A stretch of 55,585 nt of DNA from Eubacteriales bacterium (lineage in GTDB: Bacteria; Bacillota; Clostridia; Oscillospirales; CAG-272), in contig JAZQVI010000001.1 of NCBI GenBank assembly GCA_045631745.1, forward strand, positions 1-55,585, read 5' to 3'. A model generated the notes under the pieces. It did not search any database, was not told the DNA's origin, and saw nothing but the letters and a program-made list of their open reading frames with translations. Shown here piece by piece: positions 48,758-55,585 of the stretch. The position numbers and the translations under genes were made by a program. Every line of letters begins with the position of its first letter. Within the stretch, counting starts at the first letter, position 1.

Positions 48758-49363
48758 ATGAACGAAACCGAAAATCAGGAATCCATCTTCCATCGCCTCG
48801 TTCGCGGTGCGTTTGAATATTTGGAGCTCTTTACGATTTCAATATTTGCAGTGCTGATGATCTTCACATTTGGAGTTCGTCTCTGCCGTGTTGACGGTCA
48901 ATCCATGGAGAACACGCTCAATCACAATGAATACCTGCTTCTTCATAACGTTGCCTATCAGCCAAAGCAGGACGATATCGTCGTGTTTCATTTATCAAAT
49001 ACGACTAACAAGCAAAAAACGCTTGTCAAGCGCGTGATCGCCCTCGAGGGACAGGAAGTGATCATCAATACCCAAACGAACGAAATCACGGTAGATGGCA
49101 TCTTGTACGAGGACAGCCACGCGGTTCTCAAGGATCGCATCACCGATGAGATTACAGGAAGATACGACAACCTGTTCTACGAGAATTTTGATTACAGCAC
49201 CGGAATCTATAAAACAACCGTTCCCGAGGGAAAGGTCTTTGTTCTCGGAGACAATCGAAACAACTCCAAGGACAGCCGACATCCCGACATTGGATTCATT
49301 GATGAACAATGTATCCTCGGAAAGGTCGTTTTAAGACTTTCCCCTTTCACGATTTTGACATAA
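48758..49363 (+). CDS. lepB: Signal peptidase I
   Basis: GQSMENTL (Ser), LVKRVIA (Lys), GDNRNNSKDSR. Confidence 0.93.
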   Translation: MNETENQESIFHRLVRGAFEYLELFTISIFAVLMIFTFGVRLCRVDGQSMENTLNHNEYLLLHNVAYQPKQDDIVVFHLSNTTNKQKTLVKRVIALEGQEVIINTQTNEITVDGILYEDSHAVLKDRITDEITGRYDNLFYENFDYSTGIYKTTVPEGKVFVLGDNRNNSKDSRHPDIGFIDEQCILGKVVLRLSPFTILT

Positions 49364-49391
49364 CACAACAAACAGAAAGGATAGGCGAATC

Positions 49392-50270
49392 ATGCCATCT
49401 GAAACGATACAATGGTTTCCCGGCCATATGGCGAAAACCCGCCGTATGATCTCGGAAAATCTTAAGCATGTGGACGTGATCCTGGAGATTTTGGACGCAA
49501 GAATCCCCTATAGCTCCAGGAATCCCGAAATCACCCGTCTGACGTCGGGAAAACCAACGATCCTCTTGCTGAACAAGGCTTCCCTGTCGGATGCCGCACA
49601 AAACAAGATTTGGCAACAGTACTACACCAACGAAAACACCGTTTGTCTTGTCATTGACTGTGTCAATGGCGAGGGAATGAACCGAATTGCGCCTGCGATT
49701 CGCCAGCTTCTCGCAGAAAAGATTCAGCGATATGAAGCAAAAGGAATGTCAGGCAAGCATCTTCGCGCGATGGTCTTGGGAGTTCCAAACGTCGGAAAAT
49801 CCTCTCTGATCAACAAAATCTGCGGAAACAAGAAAACCAAGGTCGAAAACCGCCCCGGTGTTACCCGCGACAAGCAATGGGTGAGCACTGCAATCGGTGT
49901 AGATCTCTTGGATATGCCGGGTATTTTGTGGCCGAAATTCGAGGAAAAGCGCGTTGGCGAAAATCTTGCATTGACCGGTGCGATCAAGGATGATATTCTT
50001 GATACCGAAACGCTTGCCGTGATTCTCTGCGGAAGATTGCGTCGACTTTATCCCGAGATGCTCATCAACCGATACAAGCTGGAAGGAATTTCGGAGGACA
50101 TGAGTGATTATGATCTCTTCCTTGCCATCGGACGGAAGCGAGGATTTCTTGTTAGCGGCGGCGAGGTGAGCGAGGAACGCACCGCCACCATGCTGCTGGA
50201 AGAATTCCGCTCTTCCAAGATCGGACGGATCACCCTTGATCGCGTAGAAAAGCCCGAACGGAGGATCTAA
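49392..50270 (+). CDS. ylqF: Ribosome biogenesis GTPase RbgA/YlqF
   Basis: IQWFPGHMAK, DARIPYSS, GVPNVGKSS, RPGVT, DMPGILWPK. Confidence 0.96.
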   Translation: MPSETIQWFPGHMAKTRRMISENLKHVDVILEILDARIPYSSRNPEITRLTSGKPTILLLNKASLSDAAQNKIWQQYYTNENTVCLVIDCVNGEGMNRIAPAIRQLLAEKIQRYEAKGMSGKHLRAMVLGVPNVGKSSLINKICGNKKTKVENRPGVTRDKQWVSTAIGVDLLDMPGILWPKFEEKRVGENLALTGAIKDDILDTETLAVILCGRLRRLYPEMLINRYKLEGISEDMSDYDLFLAIGRKRGFLVSGGEVSEERTATMLLEEFRSSKIGRITLDRVEKPERRI

Positions 50271-50273
50271 AGC

Positions 50274-50885
50274 ATGGAACAAAGCATAGAACAGGAGCTT
50301 CGCACGCAAGGCTATTCCGCTGTTTGCGGCGTGGATGAAGCGGGCAGAGGGCCTCTTTGCGGTTCTGTCGTTGCGGCAGCAGTCATTCTTCCGCCCGACT
50401 ATATCCCCGAGGGGCTGAACGACTCAAAAAAGCTGACCGCAAAAAAACGAGAGGCGCTCTTTGATGTCATCTGCCAAAACGCTTTGGCATACTCTATTGC
50501 GGAGGCAACCGTCGAGGAAATTGATGCACTGAACATTTTGGAAGCCGATCTGCTTGCCATGCGCCGTGCCATTGACGGACTGCAGATCAAGGCTGATTTT
50601 GCCCTGATTGACGGAAACATTGCAAGAGATTTTCAGATCCCTGCACGTGCAGTGGTTCACGGAGATGCCCTCTCCCCCAGCATCGCGGCGGCATCCGTTC
50701 TTGCAAAGGTGACACGTGACCGCCAGTGCATTGAGCTGGATCGGCAGTATCCCGAGTATGGGATCGCCAAGCATAAGGGCTACGGAACAAAGGCGCACAT
50801 GGAGGCGCTTAGGCAGTATGGCCCTGCCCCTATTCACCGCAAACAATTCATTCGATTTCTTGACCGCGATGAAAACAAATCCTAA
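50274..50885 (+). CDS. rnhB: Ribonuclease HII
   Basis: [36 protein letters not shown]. Confidence 0.96.
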   Translation: MEQSIEQELRTQGYSAVCGVDEAGRGPLCGSVVAAAVILPPDYIPEGLNDSKKLTAKKREALFDVICQNALAYSIAEATVEEIDALNILEADLLAMRRAIDGLQIKADFALIDGNIARDFQIPARAVVHGDALSPSIAAASVLAKVTRDRQCIELDRQYPEYGIAKHKGYGTKAHMEALRQYGPAPIHRKQFIRFLDRDENKS

Positions 50886-51264
50886 AAGCCGCGCTGTTGG
50901 AACCTTTGGAGAGCAATATGCGGCACGCTATCTCCGACTTCACGGTTACACCATAAAAGAACGCAATTACCGAGCGGGACATCACGAGATCGATATCGTT
51001 GCCACCACTTGGAAGACCATCGCGTTTGTGGAGGTTAAGGCAAGAAGCTATCACCCGAGCGAGATGGACACAACACCTCCCCCGGGGCACGCGGTCAACG
51101 CAGAAAAAAGACGTTTCACAAGACAGGCGGCTCGGCAATATCTGCACGAGCACCCAACCGCCAGAAAGCCACGTATGGATGTGATCGAGATTTGGGTGGA
51201 CACCTCAAAAGGATGTGAAAAGCCAAAAGTACTCAAGATCCATCACATGAAGGGGGCGTATTGA
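50869..51264 (+). CDS. yraN: YraN family endonuclease-like protein
   Basis: [17 protein letters not shown]...[20 protein letters not shown]; typical position after rnhB. Confidence 0.85.
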   Translation: MKTNPKSRAVGTFGEQYAARYLRLHGYTIKERNYRAGHHEIDIVATTWKTIAFVEVKARSYHPSEMDTTPPPGHAVNAEKRRFTRQAARQYLHEHPTARKPRMDVIEIWVDTSKGCEKPKVLKIHHMKGAY

Positions 51265-51268
51265 ACGC

Positions 51269-52192
51269 ATGAGAACTTGCTTTTTTGATCTGCACTGCGA
51301 TACCGCAACTGAGATGTTTTATCGGGGAGAATCCCTTGAGAAGAATCCCCTGTCGGTTTCCCTCCAAAAAGCCTCCGCTTTTGATACATATGTTCAGGTC
51401 ATGGCGTTCTGGACATCGCCCTCGCTTGGTGACGAGGACGGATGGCGGCAACTCCGTGACACACTCGCCTACTTGCTTGCAGATTCCTCCATTCGGGAAG
51501 GCAAAGCATCCATGATTTCCATCGGAAACGAGATCAACCAAGGCGTTTCCCTTCTGCTCGCACTGGAAGATGCAAGAATCTTGAATCAAAAATCGGAGCG
51601 CGTGGAGGAACTGTTTCACCTTGGGTTTCGGATTCTCACCCCTCTATGGGGAGGTGAAACCTGCATGGGCGGCTCTCATGACACAAAAATGGGGCTGACC
51701 GACTTTGGAAGACACGCGATCAAGGACGCGGTTTCCCTTGGTATGATTGCGGACATCTCTCACGCATCTATCCGATCTGCCGATGAGATCTTTGAGATTG
51801 CATCCGGCGAAGAAAGACCTGTCATCGCCTCTCATTCCAATGCGTATGATCTTTGTCCCGTTTCAAGAAATCTCCGGAGGGGTCAGATTCGCGATCTGCT
51901 TGCACTCAACGGATTGATCGGACTTAATTTCCATCGTCCTTTTTTGTCAAGTCAAGCGTCTCCGACACGTGAGGACGTATTGAGACACATGGAATACTTC
52001 CTCGAGCAAGGATGTGAGGACGCGTTGTGCTTTGGATGCGACATGGACGGCGCAACGATGCCACTCGATCTGCCTGATCTGACGGCAATTCCCTCTTTAC
52101 GTGAATATCTTTCAAGATATTATTCCGACAACCTTTTAGACAAATTCTTTTTTAAAAATGCACATCATTTTGCGATGCGGCATCTGACATGA
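51269..52192 (+). CDS. Membrane dipeptidase (peptidase M19)
   Basis: DLHCDT, LALED, DISHAS, IASHSN, SRNL, FGCDMDG. Confidence 0.88.
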   Translation: MRTCFFDLHCDTATEMFYRGESLEKNPLSVSLQKASAFDTYVQVMAFWTSPSLGDEDGWRQLRDTLAYLLADSSIREGKASMISIGNEINQGVSLLLALEDARILNQKSERVEELFHLGFRILTPLWGGETCMGGSHDTKMGLTDFGRHAIKDAVSLGMIADISHASIRSADEIFEIASGEERPVIASHSNAYDLCPVSRNLRRGQIRDLLALNGLIGLNFHRPFLSSQASPTREDVLRHMEYFLEQGCEDALCFGCDMDGATMPLDLPDLTAIPSLREYLSRYYSDNLLDKFFFKNAHHFAMRHLT

Positions 52193-52249
52193 TTTCCATC
52201 GCAATAAAATCAATAAAAATTCATCAAACATATACCAGGAGAAGAAAAA

Positions 52250-53734
52250 ATGATGTATTTCAAAAGCACAAGAAGCACCGAAAAGGCAAGCGTAACCGCC
52301 GCACAGGCAATTAAGCAGGGACTGGCTGACGACGGCGGACTGTTTGTTCCCGAGTCCATCCCCACTCTTACCAAGGAGGATATTCTTTCTCTTTGCGAGA
52401 AATCCTATCCGGAACGCGCTGCCAAGATTCTCTCGATGTTCCTCACCGACTATACCGAGGAAGAGCTTTTGGAGGATTGCAAGCTTGCATATTCCACCGA
52501 AAGCTTTGTAGGAGGTGCCGCACCGCTGGTATCCATCAAAGCTCCCTTGGAGATCATGGAGCTTTGGCACGGCCCCACCGCAGCATTTAAGGATATGGCA
52601 CTTCAGATCATGCCCCGCCTGCTCTCCAGAGCGCTTGTAAAAACAGGCGAGAAGCGTACAGCGCTTATCCTCGTTGCAACCTCGGGAGATACCGGAAAGG
52701 CAGCGCTTGAGGGATATCGTGACATTGATGGTATCAAGATCATGGCGTTCTATCCCATTGACGGCGTCAGCCACGTTCAGAAGCTCCAGATGGCAACCCA
52801 GACCGGCTCTAACGTCAATGTCTGCGCGATCGAAGGCAACTTTGACGATGCACAGACCGGTGTAAAAGAGATCTTCGGCGATGCGGAGATGGCGAAAAAG
52901 CTTGACGACAAGGGGTATTTCTTCTCCAGTGCAAACTCCATCAACTGGGGACGCCTGGCACCCCAGATCGTGTACTACGTTTCTGCCTACTGCGATCTTC
53001 TGAATGCAGGAAAATGCAAATACGGCGAAAAGATTAACATTTGCGTACCCACGGGTAACTTTGGTAATATCTTCGCGGGTTATATCGCAAAGCTCATGGG
53101 TCTGCCCGTAAACCGCTTTATCTGTGCCTCCAACACCAACAACATCCTCACCGACTTCCTGCGCACCGGTACCTATGACCGCAACCGCGATTTCCATTTG
53201 ACGATGTCTCCTTCCATGGACATTCTCATTTCCAGCAACCTGGAGCGTCTGCTCTACTTCACTGCAGGCAGCGAGCGCACCGCAGCATACATGAAGGCAC
53301 TCAAGGAAACCGGAGCATATACGGTTGACGCCGACGTTCTTGCAGAGATTCAGAAGAATTTTGTTGGCTACTATGCAAGTGAAGCACAGACCGCAGAAAC
53401 GATCCGCAGCATTTACAACGATTGCAACTATTTGGCTGATACACACACTGCAGTTGCGATCTATGCAGCAGAGCAGTACCTTGCCGACACCAAGGAAACC
53501 CTTCCCTTGGTTGTGGATTCCACGGCAAGTCCCTATAAGTTTGCAAACAACGTTTATCGTTCCTTGACCGGCAAGGAGCCCGAGTCGGATCTTGCCGCAC
53601 TGGATCAGCTCACCGAATTGACCGGTGTCGAGATTCCCTATCCTCTCGTTGGAATCGCAAAGAGAAAGGTGAACTTCACCAAGGTTTGCGACCGCACCGA
53701 AATGGCAAAGGCAGTTCTTGAATATTTGGGATAA
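52250..53734 (+). CDS. thrC: Threonine synthase
   Basis: GLADDGGLFVP, HGPTAAFKD (PLP Lys), ATSGDTG, NSINWGR, PTGNFG, SPSMDI. Confidence 0.96.
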   Translation: MMYFKSTRSTEKASVTAAQAIKQGLADDGGLFVPESIPTLTKEDILSLCEKSYPERAAKILSMFLTDYTEEELLEDCKLAYSTESFVGGAAPLVSIKAPLEIMELWHGPTAAFKDMALQIMPRLLSRALVKTGEKRTALILVATSGDTGKAALEGYRDIDGIKIMAFYPIDGVSHVQKLQMATQTGSNVNVCAIEGNFDDAQTGVKEIFGDAEMAKKLDDKGYFFSSANSINWGRLAPQIVYYVSAYCDLLNAGKCKYGEKINICVPTGNFGNIFAGYIAKLMGLPVNRFICASNTNNILTDFLRTGTYDRNRDFHLTMSPSMDILISSNLERLLYFTAGSERTAAYMKALKETGAYTVDADVLAEIQKNFVGYYASEAQTAETIRSIYNDCNYLADTHTAVAIYAAEQYLADTKETLPLVVDSTASPYKFANNVYRSLTGKEPESDLAALDQLTELTGVEIPYPLVGIAKRKVNFTKVCDRTEMAKAVLEYLG

Positions 53735-53737
53735 ACG

Positions 53738-53765
53738 AAAAAAGGGCGCCGTTTTTACGGCGCCC
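53738..53765. terminator. Terminator between thrC and DUF1540 gene
   Basis: GGGCGCCGT-tttt-ACGGCGCCC with an A tract upstream. Confidence 0.7.
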
Positions 53766-53785
53766 ACATTCAAGAAACGGCTTTT

Positions 53786-53971
53786 TCAGCTGTTCTTGGG
53801 TTTAAAGGTCGCGCAGAGCGTCTCTCCGGACGTATCCGCGTTCTGAGGGCCTACAGAGATCTGCTCCGCTGTGCAGTAGGTCTCGGCATTGTGGTAGTAA
53901 CAGTTCTTTACGTCACACTTGATGCCCTTGATGTGCTTGCATCCGTAATCTTTGGAATTGCAGGTATCCAT
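53786..53971 (-). CDS. DUF1540-like small Cys-rich protein
   Basis: IKCDVKNCYYH..YCTAEQISVG..T.CATF pattern; AAGGAAG RBS. Confidence 0.78.
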   Translation of the reverse strand: MDTCNSKDYGCKHIKGIKCDVKNCYYHNAETYCTAEQISVGPQNADTSGETLCATFKPKNS

Positions 53972-54073
53972 TTCAGTTCTTCCTTTCCGAATTCAGAAAA
54001 TTGAGAGGCTTCACTCTCAACCACAGTTTTCCCGATCTTATCAAATCTATACGCAAAAAAGGAGCCTGTTCTC

Positions 54074-54799
54074 ATGTCGTTATTTGTCATGGCAGACTTA
54101 CACCTTTCCTCCGATCTCTCCAAATCTATGGATATTTTCGGAGCCCGGTGGCAGGATCACATGAAAAAAATCGAAAAAAATTGGAACGCCGTGGTTTCTC
54201 CCGAGGATACCGTCATCGTGCCCGGAGACATCTCCTGGAGTCTTCGGCTCGAGGACTCTATAGAGGATTTCCGTTTTCTTGATTCGCTCAACGGCAAAAA
54301 GCTGATCGGAAAGGGCAATCACGATTTTTGGTGGTCCACCCATTCCAAGCTCCGCGCCTTTTGGCAGACGCATGGAATCAACTCCATCAACATTCTGTAC
54401 AACAACGCTTATCGCTTTGACAACTGCATTGTTTGCGGCACGCGAGGGTGGTTCGTTGAAGAGTCCCAGCAGCACACCATCGGTGATGTGGAATATGCCA
54501 AGATCGTTAACAGAGAGGCAATTCGGCTTCGTTTGAGTTTGGAGGAAGCAAAAAAGCTTCAAGGTCAGGATGAAAATCTCCCCTTGATTGTATTTCTGCA
54601 CTTCCCTCCCGTATGGAATGAATTTGTGTGCCGCGAGATTTTGGACATTCTTCACGAGTTTGACGTGAAATCCTGCTACTTTGGACACATCCACGGGGCG
54701 TATCACATCCCCAGAACGCAACAGTTTGAGGGGATTGACTTTACCATTTGTGCCGCCGATTATCTGAATTTTACACCTCTGCCCGTTTGGGGGTGCTGA
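54074..54799 (+). CDS. Calcineurin-like metallophosphoesterase
   Basis: ADLHL, PGDISW, KGNHD, LHFPP, FGHIHG. Confidence 0.88.
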   Translation: MSLFVMADLHLSSDLSKSMDIFGARWQDHMKKIEKNWNAVVSPEDTVIVPGDISWSLRLEDSIEDFRFLDSLNGKKLIGKGNHDFWWSTHSKLRAFWQTHGINSINILYNNAYRFDNCIVCGTRGWFVEESQQHTIGDVEYAKIVNREAIRLRLSLEEAKKLQGQDENLPLIVFLHFPPVWNEFVCREILDILHEFDVKSCYFGHIHGAYHIPRTQQFEGIDFTICAADYLNFTPLPVWGC

Positions 54800-54832
54800 T
54801 TTTGTGTATATCTATGAAATTTTAAAAAAAGA

Positions 54833-54861
54833 TTGACAAATACACGAAAAAGAAGTATAAT
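54833..54861 (+). promoter_or_regulatory. Consensus sigmaA promoter of tig
   Basis: TTGACA-17-TATAAT. Confidence 0.82.
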
Positions 54862-54911
54862 ATAATTTGTATGAAAAAATATCCATTTCAACTTTTGGAG
54901 GATGATAAAAA

Positions 54912-55585
54912 ATGAGTCTGTTGAAATCCGAAAAGACCAATCCCGGAGAAATCACGCTTGAGTTTTCCGTGGATCGTGACACGTTTAAGAAGGCGCTCTC
55001 CGATTCTTACCGCAAGAACGCCGCAAAGGTAACCGTTCCCGGTTTCCGCAAGGGCAAGGCGCCCCGCGCTGTCATCGAGAAGATGTACGGCAAGGGATTC
55101 TTCTATGAGGACGCTTTCAATACAATTCTTCCCGAGGCTTTCGAGGCAGCACTTGCAGAGAGCAAGATTGGCGAGACCGTTGGTCAGCCCGAATTTGACG
55201 TTCTGTCCGCTGACGAGGAGAACGGCGTAGTCTTCACTGCAAAGGTATTCCCCAAGCCCGAGGCAGAGATCAAGGATTACCTTGGCATCAAGGCTGAGAA
55301 GAAGGTTTCGAGAGTAACCAAGGCTGAGATTGAGGCTGAGCTGAAGACCATTCAGGAGCGCAATTCCAGAGAGATCGAGGTTACCGATGGCGTGAGCGCT
55401 ATGGGTGACGTTTGCACCATTGATTACGAGGGTTCCGTTGACGGTGTTCCCTTCGATGGCGGCAAGGGCGAGGGCTATCCCCTCAAGCTCGGCTCCGGAA
55501 ACTTTATTCCCGGATTTGAGGAGCAGGTTGCAGGCCACAAGCTCGAGGAGGAGTTCGACGTAAACGTAACCTTCCCCGAGGAGTA
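54912..55585 (+). CDS. tig: Trigger factor (3' truncated by window; absent from ORF track)
   Basis: GGAGG RBS, ATG 54912, MSLLKSEK..VPGFRKGKAPR signature, FKBP domain IDYEGSVDGVPFDGGK..LGSGNFIPGFEEQ. Confidence 0.95.
   Translation, partial: MSLLKSEKTNPGEITLEFSVDRDTFKKALSDSYRKNAAKVTVPGFRKGKAPRAVIEKMYGKGFFYEDAFNTILPEAFEAALAESKIGETVGQPEFDVLSADEENGVVFTAKVFPKPEAEIKDYLGIKAEKKVSRVTKAEIEAELKTIQERNSREIEVTDGVSAMGDVCTIDYEGSVDGVPFDGGKGEGYPLKLGSGNFIPGFEEQVAGHKLEEEFDVNVTFPEE

Noticed and set aside
52136-53773. 545-aa minus-strand ORF
   Set aside because: Antisense shadow of thrC
54888-55538. 216-aa minus-strand ORF listed in the track
   Set aside because: The real gene is tig on the plus strand, missing from the track because it runs off the window

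Overview
A 55.6-kb stretch of mostly core chromosome from a spore-forming Clostridia-like Firmicute (gpr, spoIIP, cwlD, dacF-type carboxypeptidase, AddAB, a T-box leader, sigmaA-type TTGACA-17-TATAAT promoters). It runs from the 3' end of rhaA through topB, pgi, tRNA-Val(GAC), an HtrA/two-component operon, queG-addB-addA, pheST, fba, asnA, tadA, an Asp racemase-murE-cwlD-radA run, rpsB-tsf, lepB-ylqF-rnhB-yraN and thrC, to the 5' end of tig. I found no integrase, transposase, CRISPR array, rRNA or recognisable defence island. The items most worth follow-up are: (1) a cell-wall locus with a stand-alone N-terminal fragment of a D-Asp-ligase-like protein, an Asp racemase and a MurE lacking the DAP-specific DNPR motif, transcribed divergently from an operon ending asnA / transglutaminase-like lipoprotein / carrier-less adenylation enzyme; (2) two translationally coupled, low-complexity small lipoproteins sharing a C-terminal GxNTExG[WY]xxI motif under a consensus promoter; (3) an orphan OppA-like lipoprotein with a ~250-aa Ala-rich helical insertion; (4) an orphan CI/LexA-like autocleaving repressor facing a small membrane protein across mirror-image promoters. 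All calls come from motif recognition by eye, with no database searches.
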